A DNA stretch of 64,000 nucleotides from Eledone cirrhosa (GCA_964016885.1 OZ024745.1:17980001-18044000); one strand, 5' to 3'. Numbered from the stretch's first letter, positions 40,301-54,970 are shown. Notes: generated from the sequence alone by a model not told the origin. A program made the numbers and translations.

Positions 40301-40525
40301 GTGCGACAGCAAAAAGGAGTCGCGCTGGCTGTGGCTTCTTCTCGGATTGCCGCAACTCTGCTGCCCGGAGGTAGGACAGCTCATTCCACATTTAAACTAC
40401 CATTCAACGCGACTTCAGACGGCACAATAACCTGTAATATCACCAAGGACTCTGACAAAGCAGAAGTCTTGAAAAGATGCCAGCTAATTGTGTGGGACGC
40501 ATGCATAATGGCCTATAAATCTACC
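37392..40525 (+). mobile_element. Helitron, internally deleted and 3'-truncated
   Basis: A|TCTATATATATAAAA..GTCTGTCTGT..CCGATTTTGATG 5' end; no CTRR/hairpin 3' end seen. Confidence 0.85.
38106..40525 (+). pseudogene. Helitron RepHel remnant (N-terminal ~23-aa repeats, HUH Rep, PIF1 helicase N-half)
   Basis: MPPKKRPR start, E*QKRGLPHAH (motif II), HGPCG, KYVCKYINKG (motif III), DAPGRTGKTF Walker A, GGRTAHSTFKLP, LIVWD Walker B; several stops and frameshifts. Confidence 0.92.
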
Positions 40526-41946
40526 ACGTAGATTCTGCTAGTCTGAGCTTTAAATTGACTTTGTATAAACTGATGAATTTCTTGTCAACTTCATCCAATG
40601 GATGACTCCGTGTCCCCATACTATGTAGTCCGCCATCACAGTAGATGCCAAACACTGTTGACCTGAAGGAAGTAAATATAGAGCAACACTAATGCTCAAA
40701 TGTATTTTAATACAAAACTCCCACAAGTCAATTTGTGATTACCTACATTATTCGTAAATAAAGCATTTTACAGAGATGTAAGATGTTCACTACTGTAAGA
40801 CATGTTAATCCTTGAGAAATGTTTAACCTAAATTGTTCTGCCAATATCACGAAAGTATATAATCTTAACAATTGAAAGTTTCATTTATCCTCCTACTTTT
40901 CCTCTAACAGAGAATCACTGTCGAATTAAATGATAACTCCGAATGCTTTATATTTTTAAATTTGTTCAATAATCTACAAACATATAATCTTATATTAAAA
41001 ATAATATATCTCTTGACAATAAGGCTTTCACGGAAAATATATCATATGACATATTTTCTATTTGTACAAGATCTGATGAAAATTATGTACTACTAACATT
41101 CCCAAATTGTCTCTGGAAATCGCATATTGTTTACATACGAACACGCTTTGTACAAATCTTGATAGAAACTAACATCTTCACACACAGCTTTCCTCTTGAT
41201 CATATAGAAGAGTTATCTACAGGCTCGTAATGACCTAGTAAATACGAAGACTAGAAATACTTTCAATGCAGACAAGTATTTATACTATTTTGAAATAAGA
41301 TTACTTTCAACAATGTAAGGAAATAAATTTGCGTCTAATTTTATGAACATGAAATAGAAGAAGGAAATAGTTGCACTGTATAATGTCTAAAGGAATCAGT
41401 CTTCAGTTCATATTGATTCCTTTCTTTTTCATATTCCGTAGTGTTAATGGATACTTTTATCGGATTAAGTAAATGAATGCACTTTAAATTTTTATAAATA
41501 TTTCCTGCATAAACGAGTTGTGTTCTAGCAACTATAATCGCTATTATCATAAACAAAATCTATATCGACAAATCTTCGAAGCTATTTTAATCCTCCTGTT
41601 TTTCTTTTTCTAAAGTGGTGGGAGTAGTATTATATAAACGTTCTGACAGCCAGTATGTCGTAAACATAACTAGGCTATCTAAGGGTATTTAAAATTGATA
41701 CCTCAAGACTTCCATACTATAATGAACGAATATGTATATATATATGTATATATATATTTATATATATATATTTATATAAAGTTTTAATATGGATGAGATT
41801 CTACAGGACTAGAACTGTTTCATTCTTTAGAAATCATATGCATTGAGTACCTTACTTACTGTTACTGTGGTTACCTCCGATTCAACCCGGAATAACGTAT
41901 ATTTATATATATATATTTATCTATCTATCTATCTATCTATATATAA

Positions 41947-42006
<60 letters not shown>

Positions 42007-43343
42007 ATGAAGTCAAATATTTAAAATTTGGCTTCGTTTATTAAAGATGCACTGCTATATATATTTCGGTGACCCCTTGAGACAGTCCGAATTGGTGTGG
42101 TAGAGACAGGTACACACGTTGTTCATGTGTTTTACTCCGTCAAAACTCCGATATGTCGAGCTCCTGGTTGGGTTGTTATTTCTCAGAGGAACTGGAATCA
42201 TATGAATTCGAACAAACGAATTTCGGCGTTATAGGAGACTCTCTCCTCCCATTGGTCAGTTGTGAGAACATTCCTCAGTCAAGAGTCTATAGAAATTTTT
42301 CTGAGGCAAGACAATCTGTTGTGTTTGTTTTTGTTAAGTACAGATGACCTCTTCCATTGTGTTGGTAGCAGTAGTGGTATTAAGGGGTCAGCTGGCAGGT
42401 CAGCTTTGGTTGGCTGCTGCTATCTTCAGAAGAATTTGTGTGTGGGGGGGGCTGGCTTCTATCCTGCCACCATTTCACGTGGTGGGGGGGGGGGGCAGAT
42501 GAAAAATAAAATAAAATAAGATAAAGAAATAAAAAAATAAAAAAATAAAATGCGTGTGTGTTACAACCAATATCAAAGTTTGAAAGATTTGGAAAATATT
42601 GACTGAAGTAGAAAGGCTGTGTGTCAGAATCGAGATGTGCAAATGATTGCAATCCTTACACTATCATGGGGTGGTGCGTTTTAAGAGCAGATGAGACAAG
42701 AGTGGAGTGTAAAACGCCAGAACCTGAGTGTCAAAATCATGACAATTCATAATGCCAAAGTTATGATGCTAATCAATTAAAGATATATACTGGTGCTTAT
42801 AGCATTACAATTTCGTTCATTAATATTGCGTATTTCTGTTAGAAAATTATAAAGTTTGGTGCTCTTATAGAAATAGTATGCATTATTATTTCACTGATAT
42901 TGTTAATAATCCAATCATTGAAATAAAACGGGACAGATATTAAATAAATTCCTGTCATTAATGAAAGTCCACTTCAAATGAAGTAATGTTATATTCATGA
43001 TGAACATCATCAATCAACCACGAAAGATATAAAAATATTTCGAATTCCATTAGGAAATCATAAATCCTAGAGGTAAACAAATATATCAGTTATGGAATAA
43101 TGAACGTCTGCACTTCATATGTCTCAATGCCTCTCTCTATATTGAAGACTGTAAATCCAAATGCTGCCATTGAATATCACATAGGATAGAATTTAACATG
43201 CATGAGCTTACACAGTACGTGCGTTGGTTGGTTTTCGCTTCTCGCTTCTGTGTCTTTTATATCGGTAATCTAATATACTCGGTCCTCAATGTTGCCAAAA
43301 ATAATACAGATACAATATAGACACAAACACATATATATAGTTT

Positions 43344-43385
43344 ATCATAAATCTTTCGTTGCACATCTGCAACATCGTCAGTGGT
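43344..43385 (-). ncRNA. Minimal type I hammerhead motif
   Basis: acca-CTGACGA-t-gttgca(gatg)tgcaac-GAAA-gatt-TA-tgat; one stem I mismatch. Confidence 0.7.
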
Positions 43386-43620
43386 GCTATATTTTCCTCC
43401 TGTTGCATTGTATGTCTACGCCATTTTTATTCAGTCTGTCTATATATTTATTTATTTATTTGCTTGTTTGTTTATTTTATTTTGTCTTCTTTGCGCATGC
43501 GTTTGCGTGTGTGTATAGTGTTTTGTTTGCTGTGTGATGGGTGACTAGTGTGTGTTTATGTGCTTGTTGTTATTGTGCTTGTGTATGTATTTATTTATTT
43601 ATTTATTTATTTATTTTATT

Positions 43621-44802
43621 TTATTTACTTATGTATACTTCTCTTAGGTCAGTGTTGTTTGTTTGGGTGTTGTTGTTATTCCATTCATTCTTTCTATTTA
43701 GCCTTGGTCTTCTAAGTTCTATTTCACTGGCCTCTCTGATTTGCCTATCTGCTGGGTCATTTCTATGTTTAGATATTATTCTAATTTCTATGTTGTCTAT
43801 GTTACCGTCATATTGTTGTCTAGCATGTTCGTATGGTACTGACCCGTTTTTTCGTCCTTTTAGTTCCCCCCAGTGTTGGTCTATCCTTTCACCTATGCTA
43901 CGAGCTGTCTCACCTATGTATGTTGTTGTCATGTTTCTGCAAGTACCCTCTGTACAACTTATGCTATAGACTACGTTTCTAGTTTTACAGTTTATCCGGG
44001 GGTTCACCTTACATATGATACATTTCCTATTGGTACAGTGGGTTTTCTTAAAAGGGTAGGTTTTGCTGATCAGGGATTTTATGATGGTTCCTGGCTTTTC
44101 TACCACCTTTATTTTTAAGTGGGTCTTTCTCAGGGCCTTTCTACACTGGTTAGCTAATTTCCCTCCAGGGGTAGCGTCCACAAACATGACACTCTGGTAT
44201 CTCTGGTTGTCGTACCATGAGGTGGCTTTCCCTATCTTATGTCTAGCCCTATCTAAGCTATTCCATGATTTGCTCCTGTATAATGGGCAAATTCCTTTCA
44301 TGTCCACTTCTATGAGGGTCTTATACTTCTCCATGGCTCCTTCGTATACTCTGATTCTGTCTCTTTGGTTGTAGCCAGAGAACTGCATGCGGTTGATGAA
44401 GTGTTGGATGTGTCTTTCCATTTCTGTTGGGTCGCACATGCGGCACACATTCTTTATCACTCGTACCACATCTGCGATCAGAATATTAAACTTAGCACTA
44501 CTGGACATTGCTGAGTTTTTGAGTATCAGGTATTTGGAGGCCATGGGTTTAGCATAGTATGAGTGGAGAATTTGGCCTCTCTCGTCTATGGTGTTAATCC
44601 AGAGTTCTGTGTCTAATACAGGTAGTCTACTGTTAGGGTGTTTGGAAAGGAAGTCGATAGTTACAGTTATTCTCTGGTGTATGGAATTAGCTATCTGCTG
44701 GATGCTTTCCATCGTGCTACGTTCTAAATCAAACTTGTTAGTGTTCTCTAGTGGGGGTGTTCTTATAACTATATTGATATCGTCTACATAACGAGAGTAC
44801 AT
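43621..44802 (-). pseudogene. PLE RT (from YVDD) + GIY-YIG fragment, open frame
   Basis: RYVDD, LPVLD, YYAKPMAS, SGY, C..RKCIIC..C..NVVYSISC..YIGETAR..RQIREA..LNRKNEW. Confidence 0.9.
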
Positions 44803-44913
44803 CTGTTATTAATTCTGGCAATATTACACAAATATAACCCTCCCCAAGTATAACAATATTTGTTTCGATACACGATTTCATATAAAAAACCTCGCAAAAC
44901 TAATTCATCGCCG

Positions 44914-44957
<44 letters not shown>

Positions 44958-44960
<3 letters not shown>

Positions 44961-45003
44961 CTAGACATTCCGTCTTAAAATACGGATGAAACCATGGTAG
45001 AGG
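44958..45003 (+). ncRNA. Degenerate hammerhead motif in a PLE tail
   Basis: ctc-(decayed core)-tccgt..acgga-t-GAAA-ccatgg-TA-gag. Confidence 0.4.
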
Positions 45004-45279
45004 TAATTTGGTATGTACACAATTCTTCTAAGTTCAATTTTTACACCTAATTGTGTTTGGTTGACTGTATATCTGGTCGATTTTTACATGCTGTAGAAAT
45101 GTTAGATAAATAATCTATCGTTGCCGCCGCGAAGGGGCTGTTTTCGGTTATTTGTCGGAGATTTCTACATAGGAACCTTTATTCTTATAGCTTTGTCTAA
45201 TTGGTTTTTTATATGGTTAATTATGCTAATTGGGAGGGGAAATGGTATATATTATATCTAGTGATTCTAAGGACATATT

Positions 45280-45344
<65 letters not shown>

Positions 45345-45349
<5 letters not shown>

Positions 45350-45455
45350 ATATATTAACAAATGGAAACTATATTTATAAAACCATATTTATTTCATTAT
45401 ACATATTTCAAGGGCCACCAAAACAAATGATGGTGCGCTTTCATCGGATACAATA
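45345..45455 (-). mobile_element. PLE tail with hammerhead-like motif, same family as 53600-53720
   Basis: CCGATGA..cacca/tggtg..GAAAtatgtataatgaaataaatatggttttataaatatagtttccattt, shared with 53619-53707. Confidence 0.6.
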
Positions 45456-45687
45456 AAATATAGATTAGTTTTATAAATAAATATTGACATACTCCAATAA
45501 TTTGTTGAGTGCTTTATATCAGTTATAAAAATATTTTGCTTGTTGTATCCCAACAAATTAAATATATAACATATCCATTCTGAATAATTCATAGGCTGGT
45601 GATCATAAAAATGACCAAATGTGGTTTATTTTATGGAAATAAACAATGCAATTATTATTAAGTCACGATACATAATGATATATAAAT

Positions 45688-45874
45688 AACTGTTTCTATT
45701 TTAAGCACAAGGGGCCAGAAATTATACCAGTACATTACTGGTTTCTTTATTTTATCGACCCCGTAAGGATGAAAGGCAAAGTGAATCTCGGCAGGATTTT
45801 TAACTAATGCCATAAAGGGGCGTAACTCTATGCTGCAAAGCATTGCGTCCGACCGTCTACTGATACTGCCAATC
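45688..45874 (-). mobile_element. tRNA-derived SINE
   Basis: Reverse complement of the SINE consensus. Confidence 0.8.
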
Positions 45875-45959
45875 TTCGATAATGATATATAAATAACGTT
45901 GATAGGTTTAATATCTAACATTTTAGTACCAACTGGCGAAGTCTTCCAAATCAGGATTT

Positions 45960-46815
45960 GGAAACCATGGTCCACTCAAGTAGAGAGTTATTGTTTACGG
46001 AGACATATATGGGTGTAGGAGGTTTATCGGGGATTACTACAGGGCATTTGTCCAAAGAGCTTTTTAATTTTATGGGTTCGGTTTCTATTTTAATGCTTTG
46101 TGGTGTAATGTTAAAGAGAGCGGGGCCAATTGAGGTGAAAACATTGTTCTGTATTATTGTTAAATGAATTTTTGTTGTGGGCGGGACCAAGCGATGACAA
46201 TGGGATTTCGGCTCTTCCGACACATTGTACCTGCCAAGAGTGTATTTTCATATTTACACACCTTCCTGTTTATTGTCATATATATTTTCTTTCTTTTTAT
46301 TAAATTGTTTTATCATTCACAGCATGCATCGACCAAACACACTGGCAATCAAAAGAAATCTATTCAGCACTCTTCTTCGAAGCCGTATGTGTACTTTAAA
46401 GTTGATGCCGACATTATTTGGGCAACACTGATGGTATATTTTCCACATCATCCAGATAATGTAGCGCTTATGGTGTCGCTGGAGAGAGTACACTTTGAGC
46501 TTTTCTAGTTGACACCATAGTCAATTCCTGTCCCGCCATCTATCGTTTTTGTGAATAACCTTGAAATGCTTCAATTTTCATAATATTTTGGTTCATGTAG
46601 GGAGATAACTGTGGACACTATTCAAGTTGGAGTTTGGCAAATGTAGAGAAGAGAATGAAAATGGTGTGGATATATTTTCAGTGGACGGTTTTCAGATTCC
46701 AGGAACTAACCCTGCTGCCATGGTAACTTAGCTGTGTATATGAGTGGCCAAGCCTATATTGTTTTCAACAATTACTTCCAGGACTCTGATGATTTTGGCA
46801 TCCAACAATTTCAGG
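45960..46815 (-). pseudogene. Decayed CR1-like LINE 3' fragment
   Basis: SLQRHHKRYII.., FTSIGPALFNITP..K..LDK..IPDKP C-terminal motifs, with frameshifts. Confidence 0.6.
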
Positions 46816-46882
46816 GCCTGACATGTATATCACACACACACACATATATGAATATATCACACACACACACACACACACACAC

Positions 46883-46972
<90 letters not shown>

Positions 46973-46973
46973 G

Positions 46974-47636
46974 TGTTGAAAAAGGACCACAGAATGAACC
47001 AAATCCTACGAACACACGATATCATAAAGAGCAAAAGACAATCCAAGTCAATGAAAATCATCCTAACACATGCCAAAGTACTGCCAACCACAACAACGAA
47101 ACCCACAGTAAAAAAAATGCGATAGACCCAAGTGTGGCATTTGCATCAAGCTAATAGAGGGTTCGGAATTCTATTCCAAAGAAGGACAACGTTTTATAGT
47201 AAAACACAATTTCACATGTGCATCGGAAAATCTAATATATGTATTAACTTGCTCAGGTTGTCGAGAACAATACATAGGCCAGACCAAAAACAGCCTCCAC
47301 CGACGCATGACTGTCCATAGATCCCAAATTAAAATACGGGAATACAGGAAAATACCACTGAGTGAACACATTGATACCTGTGCCGCCCAAAATCATTCCA
47401 ACTTCAGAATCTTTCCCCTCTACAAATTTAAAGATAATGCCACCCACACCCAGCGCATCAGCAAGGAATCTTACTTCATTAACAAATACGGACCCCGTCT
47501 AAACACTTCTCCCTAAGACGAACCCACAACATACACACGTCAACATACATACCTACATCAGCACACATCTCTACCCCCACATATAAACACAATGACATAC
47601 GTAAACACACATGCTCTATGGTGCAACACAAAAAAA

Positions 47637-47681
<45 letters not shown>

Positions 47682-47822
47682 AATATATGTATATATATAT
47701 ATATAGTGAATATCATTTCACACCTCTTATTGTTAAGATTTTTGATGTTCTATTAAGAGAACCGATTTTACTGAAAAAATCGAATTATGTACACCATTTT
47801 ACCAGGGGGAAAACATACTCGT

Positions 47823-47853
<31 letters not shown>

Positions 47854-48002
47854 TTCTCACACACACACAGATATATATATATACACACATACACACGCGT
47901 ACATTAACATACAAAGAGACTTATACACACACACACTTCTCCGTATAAGACAAAAGACACATTCCTACTGACCATCCCTGCTACCACGAATTACTCTGCT
48001 AT

Positions 48003-48066
<64 letters not shown>

Positions 48067-48729
48067 ATCTTAATAGCCATTTGACACACATCCCTGCTAA
48101 CCATTATCACAACATCGAACACCTTACTACTACTACACACACACACACACACTTATCTTAATAGCCATTTGACACACATCCCTGCTAACCATTATCACAA
48201 CATCGAACACCTTACTACTACTACACACACACACACATATTTGTTGTGAAAGAGTCATTTCTCAGTCTTGGCGCAAAATCAATTTTTTATTCACATGACC
48301 TCTACCGACCAATCAAAATTGTTTTGACCACAAGAATTTTTGCAAACACCAAATAGCGCTGGAGCCACTTTTTTAACATAAAAACAGTCTTGGCGCAAAA
48401 TCAATTTTTTACATTCACATGACCTCCACCGACTAATCAAAATTGTTTTGACCACAAGAATTTTTGCAACACCAAACTAGCGCTGGAGCCACTTTTTTAA
48501 CATAAAAAGAGGTAGAATTCCCAAAACTAATCACATCAGAGCAAACAACACGGACACTCTATCTCAAAATTATTTTTAAAAGCATTTAGAAATGCGCAAC
48601 CGGTAAAAACTTAAAAACTTAAAACCACAACTGAATACTAACCTATACAATTACTAATACTCTTTTATTCCTAATTAAACCATTTTTCAACTGTGAACAA
48701 TTTGTCAGCATTTTCTATTCCGTTTACCA

Positions 48730-48730
<1 letters not shown>
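46974..48730 (+). mobile_element. 5'-truncated Neptune PLE: GIY-YIG fragment (46974-47516) plus UTR with tandem duplications
   Basis: KSKRQ..KCDRPKCGIC..NLIYVLTCSGC..YIGQT..VHRSQIK..FRIFPLYK..YGPRLN; duplications at ~48063-48235 and 48263-48508. Confidence 0.8.
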
Positions 48731-48760
<30 letters not shown>

Positions 48761-49652
48761 CGTGTGTGTATGTGTGTGTGATAGTTATGTGTGTAACAGC
48801 TGTTACGGGCGGAGCGCCGTTCGAAAAACTGAATGCTGTTACTTGGTACGTTTCATTCGGGTTGTATTCCAGTGTTACGAATGCAGTGTTCAGAGTTTAG
48901 TCTGTGTGTGCACTTCCGTGTGTGTATCAATGTGTCAGATAAGTATAACACAATAAAATTTCATTTGGTAGTGAGCCACGTACGTGTTCAATTACCTTGC
49001 TAGAAATAGAAAACTTTCCTCCTCCAAATCTCAGTAAAGATTACATTAAGAAATATAGTCCACTGTCCCTTTTACACAAAAATTACTCGAACCTCCTTAC
49101 TGTAATACCTTTACCGAACCAGTTCCGAACATTGCCTAAGGAGCAATATAAATATATAATGTAAATTTCACCAAATAGCACGTATGCTGAATTTTATATC
49201 AACCACATAATACTGCAAACTAATGACGTGTAGTCAGTAGATGCTTCCTTGGGGAATTGAAAACCTATACGTGGTAATGAAACATTAGTATAATTTTACA
49301 TATCTTTTTGTAACTCATAAAGCAAACATAGTTACACACAATTGCACTTGACATGATGAAATATGACAATAGTTAGGACCCTGATTACATTACCACCAAT
49401 TAGCTGAGGATACAATTATATATTATTACTTTGCAATATTTAGATCAAAACTGCAAATGTTCATGCACTTCACTTTACTCTTTTTTTTTTGTTGCTACTT
49501 CTGATGGTGACATGAAATATAACAACATAACAACATTACAATTCCAAATTAATTTACAGATATTTCTTTAGTAATTATGAGAGTAATGCACTTCCGATCT
49601 AGTCGTAGACATTCCGTAATTATCATTATATAATTATATACATATATATACA

Positions 49653-50240
<588 letters not shown>

Positions 50241-50243
<3 letters not shown>

Positions 50244-50726
50244 GGATAGCGATCAAAAGTTTACCCTAAAATGGGAAAAATTAGCTAAAACCCAAAGCTT
50301 TTCCAGGAGCCAAAATTTCTGCAAATTGTGTAATCTTGAGATTTATTACATAATCACACACAAGAAGAAACTGCTGAATAACAGAATTGAACGAACATTA
50401 TTCTGCCGTCACAGAACTAAAACCCTTTTTTCCCACTACAAGCCGAATATTACATAAAAGAGGGACATCCCCCAACTATATAAACCTTAATCTAGTTAGA
50501 AAAATATAAAAACAATCTCTTCTCAACATATATTAATAACCTTAAATTACCACACTAATAATGGAAAGATATGCTGATGAGAATAGGTGCAAATATGAGA
50601 TAATGAATGTGTCTAAAAACGTCCATAAGTATGTATATATATGTGAAAATGTATATAAATAAGTAAATATATATATATGTTTGATGTGTATAGTTAGATG
50701 TAAGTGTATTCATGTATTAAAGTGCT

Positions 50727-50825
<99 letters not shown>

Positions 50826-51543
50826 ATGTATGTATGTGTATATAGATGTGTATGTATGTGTATGTGTGTACACATGGACTAGAGTATGTATGTATATATG
50901 TGTATGTCTATACGTGTGTATATAAAGATAAGTTGAGTATGAAAATGTATACACATGAGCGCGTATGTATGTACATGAATACATGTGTGTATATATATGT
51001 GTATGCATGTGTATATATATATGTAAGTATGAATATGTGAATTGTGAGTATATGTATTTTGTAGAGGTGTGCAAATATATGTGTGTATGAATGCGTGGGT
51101 GAAAGGATACGTACACTTGAAAGAAACATTTAAGTCTGAATGTTAATTAAGTGCAAACACAAAACCAACCACGCATATCTTTACTATCTCTAATCCTTCT
51201 ATAGATTTAGAAAAATAACCAATAATATATTCTATAAAAAATGTCAAAACAACAGATGGGAATCTAATTACTCACTGCCACCAAGAATTCTCACTGCTAT
51301 CGAAAAACCACTCCTCCAACTATTCTTCTAACAACTTCACCCCTCCCTCCTAATATTCTCTATAAAAACTAAATAGGTCCTCAGTAATATTATTCTGATG
51401 AAATGACAGTAAATAATAACATTGAAATATTGAATGTCTGCATAACTAAAAGTTTGTAGATAGCAGCTGTTTTAGGTTATGTAACTGTTATAGAAACACG
51501 TGTCAATAAATTCCTTTCAACTAAACTGTATCCATTCAAATCT

Positions 51544-51548
<5 letters not shown>
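50241..51548 (+). mobile_element. 5'-truncated Naiad PLE: endonuclease C-terminus (50241-50457) plus 3' UTR
   Basis: FTLKW..FCKLCNLE..LLNNR.E..CRHR; hammerhead near the 3' end; (TA)n on both flanks. Confidence 0.82.
51390..51509 (+). ncRNA. Type I hammerhead ribozyme with extended stem II, intact core
   Basis: ttatt-CTGATGA-a-atgacagt...actgttat-a-GAAA-cacgtg-TC-aataa. Confidence 0.8.
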
Positions 51549-51579
<31 letters not shown>

Positions 51580-51878
51580 GACATTTCAGTTTACTGCAAA
51601 GAAACTTCATTAATTGCAGTTACAAGAGTGGTGAGTAGACAAAATTCATTTGCTTAAATGTAATTCTGGTGTCGAATTAAGGAACGAGTTAGATAGGTGA
51701 ATAAAACTGTGTATAGCGTGGAAATATGACTAGGGTTTGTTATTGGCGGTGAGAATTTTGTGCATGTTTCATTTTCAAACGACAGCTGCTTCTCAATGAT
51801 GCATTGAATTTATTGTATTGTCATAGAGCAAGATCACCTAGATTGTATATATATTGCAAAGAAATAATATAAAGCTTT

Positions 51879-51996
51879 AATTGTTTCTACTTTTGGCACA
51901 AGGCCAGCAAATTACTCAGTGTATTACTGGTACTTTATTTTATCGACCCCATAAGGATGAAAGGCAAAGTTAACCTCGGCGGGATTTGAACTCAGA
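51879..51996 (-). mobile_element. 5'-truncated SINE with a 22-bp target-site duplication
   Basis: agaaataatataaagctttaat at 51860-51881 and 51994-52015. Confidence 0.88.
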
Positions 51997-52491
51997 AATA
52001 ATATAAAGCTTTAATGATGAAACATTTTTAGAACTGACTACAATAACTTATAAGTAAATACAAATGGAAGCGTTCCTTGTAATTAACCACCTAATTATTT
52101 AGTAGAGGAAAATGTCGTTAACCAAATTGAAATGGTTGCGAAAGGTCCACGTTATATTTAATTTAATTATTTACATTTTAAATTCGTGTTTTTCGCGCCT
52201 TTCTTTTTTTCCCCAAACATGATATATTTATCTAACTTACTAATTTGCTTTTATTTACAGAAGGCATCCGTGTATATTTTCTTCTGAGTTATTGCTTCAA
52301 GTAGGGAGGAGTTAATATTAGGCTTTAAAGTAATAGCTGCAGATTTTCTTCTCACTGAATATCTTCCTTACAACTACTACAAGATTTGGAGATTATGGAA
52401 ATTCCTATAATGACCAGAGTTTTGGCAAAAGAAAAGAATTCTCTCTAAATGACAGATGATAGTGTGTAGCTGAAGAGGCATAAGCATATAT

Positions 52492-52587
52492 AATTGTTTC
52501 TGTTTTTGGTACAAGGCCAGCAAATTACACAGTACATACTGGTACTTTATTTTATCGACCCCGTAAGGAAGAAGGGCAAAGTTAACC
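52492..52587 (-). mobile_element. SINE 3' half
   Basis: Reverse complement of core and tail. Confidence 0.8.
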
Positions 52588-52607
52588 GCAGATATAATGA
52601 AGAACAA

Positions 52608-52709
<102 letters not shown>

Positions 52710-53614
52710 AAAGTTCAAATTTAAAACTCACGCAGATATTTATTTATACATATGTATGTGTATGTATGGTTGTGTGTGTATATGTTGATGTTGTGTTGCA
52801 GATATGCATAATATTAAATACATGAACGGTATTCATATGTGTGAGGACATGAATATTAATCGTATTTTTATGTATATATACTGTGAAATTGTTATAACAC
52901 AAGAAATGTATAGAAGTGATCAAGTGAAATCATTTGTATGTCTATATTATTGACTGGAGTAGACATCATTTTCTCTTTTTTCAGGGCGTACATATGCGTG
53001 TATATATATATATACATATGTGTATCCGTATTTTTATAAATAGGGTATTTTTTGAAGGTTTTAACTCAGATTTTGGTATATTGACCTCAGGGTTTTAAAC
53101 TAAACATATGGTCATTATTGAACAATGTTATTTTCTCATATTATATATATATGTCTCATTCATGAATATTGATATTTACATTTTTATTATTCATTTCATA
53201 TGAATTGTTAATTCAACTTAATATGACATGACGTAAAGTTGTCACTATATCCTCCTCTCTCTATATAGTACTTCCTCTCTCTTGAGTTTCTCTATCTGTA
53301 TGATGAATTAATATCTCTCTGTTGCTTTCTTTTGTCTTTCCTATTTCTTTCTTTTTTCTTTCTTTTTCATTTTCTCCTATCTATTTATATATATCTTTCT
53401 TTTCTGCATACATTCCTTTTCTCTCTCTCCTTCTTTTTCTCTCTCCTTCTCTCTCTCCGTTTTTTCTTTCTCTCCGTCTTTTTTCTAACTGTGCTTAACA
53501 CTATAACTAATAAAATAATTATAAACATCTCACTATCCAGACAGCTTCCAAAAATAATGGTCGCATCTAATAGGGTACGTCAAAATTATTTATAAAACTG
53601 TTTATATATTGTAT

Positions 53615-53670
53615 TTTGTCTGATGAAGGCATACCATATTTTAATTTGGTATCCCTGAAATATGTATAAT
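53615..53670 (+). ncRNA. Hammerhead-like motif with atypical stem III
   Basis: ttgt-CTGATGA-agg.atacca..tggtat.cct-GAAA-tatgt-ataa. Confidence 0.5.
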
Positions 53671-53717
53671 GAAATAAATATGGTTTTATAAATATAGTTT
53701 CCATTTATTTAATATCG

Positions 53718-53758
<41 letters not shown>

Positions 53759-54148
53759 ATGTATTTATCTATCTATCTCTCTATCGCAATTTAAGTTTCT
53801 GCTCTCGCTATTCATCTATGTATCCCTTCATTTATATTTTAGTGATTTGGAAATGTAGTTTATGTTTTGTTGTTAACTGATTTAGTGTTAAGTACGGACA
53901 TCTTGTATTGCTAATACTGTGTAATGCTCTTAATCTCTTTCACTACAGATTAATAATGTGTGAGTACATGTGTGTGCTGATGTGATAGTGTCTGCATCAT
54001 CATAACTGTGTGTTTGTACGTATATGTATATGTTTGTTTCTTTTTACGTGTATGTATAATATCAATTTATATGTATATATATATATATCTTTATATATAT
54101 ATGTGTGTGTGTGTGTGTGGGTATGTGTGTGTGTGGGGGGGGGGGATC

Positions 54149-54190
54149 AGGACCACGACGGCTGAGCTCCGGCCGTTTCGACAGCTAGAT
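54149..54190 (-). mobile_element. Naiad #2-family tail fragment (3' half of the hammerhead)
   Basis: aggaccacgacggctgagctccggccgtttcgacagcta resembles 60778-60816. Confidence 0.65.
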
Positions 54191-54563
54191 CCGAATATAT
54201 GCCAATCCATTACTGTCAATCCAAAAACCAACTAATCGTCGTTTGTTTTCGCAATGATCGCTTTAGACTTTAGATTGTTAGATATCACAAAATTACAAAC
54301 TACGAAACGAATGATATTGTTTCGAAAACAATATCATACATATTTAGGAAGTACTTTTTATTGATAAACATTAAGAAATGATTAACAACTGGTTAGTATT
54401 ATCAGCCTTGGTTCTATCTTGAAAATGTCTGAATATTTTAATCAATGTAAGACACCCATGTTTATATAAATACAGATTGTCTGTGAATATATATATTCCT
54501 TCGATTGGCCTAAGTGTTATAGCTTATCAAAAAATGAAATAAAAGAAATTTTGAAACAGTTCG

Positions 54564-54596
<33 letters not shown>

Positions 54597-54640
54597 ATAA
54601 CACACCCGCAGACATACACACACACACATATATATATATT

Positions 54641-54970
54641 GTTATACTTTGGAAGGGTCATGTTGCCAATAAGAAACACACGCACCACATGTTTCACTTC
54701 AATTTATTATAAATTTCCGGTTGGTTGGTTAGTTCTATAACCGGATGGTTGTTCATATATTGTCAAAGTTCTTTCGTCACACGTTCTGGGACCTCTTCAG
54801 TGACTGGGGATTCTTTTCAACCAACCGGAAATTTATAATAAATTGAACTGAAAACAACTGGTGCGTGTGTTTCTTATTGGCAACATGACCCTCCCAAAGT
54901 ATAACGATATCGGTTTCAACACACGTTTTCAGATAAGGAATCTTGCTAAACAAATTCAGAAACGAAATAT
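54641..54970. mobile_element. Fold-back PLE tail, arms 54641-54727 and 54818-54905, with a hammerhead in the spacer
   Basis: Inverted arms; the - strand at 54762-54804 reads gtca-CTGAAGA-g-gtc..gac-GAAA-gaac-TT-tgac; TA-rich flanks. Confidence 0.75.

Larger units (their letters stand above)
43285..44915 (-). mobile_element. 5'-truncated PLE (clade uncertain, Nematis-like) with a short inverted tail at 44801-44915
   Basis: 393-codon RT-C/thumb/GIY-YIG frame and a hammerhead in the 3' UTR. Confidence 0.82.

Noticed and set aside
40520-40665. - strand exon after a good acceptor, interrupted by the Helitron
   Set aside because: Joining it to the other Helitron flank gives stops, and the peptide has no recognisable motif.
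43541-44374. Hydrophobic + strand ORFs that look like membrane proteins
   Set aside because: Antisense frames of an A-rich PLE ORF.
48063-48508. CRISPR-like or regularly spaced repeats
   Set aside because: Plain two-unit tandem duplications in a PLE UTR, with no unique spacers and a eukaryotic context.
50574-50600. CTGATGA as another hammerhead
   Set aside because: No matching GAAA/UH with a stem I partner nearby.
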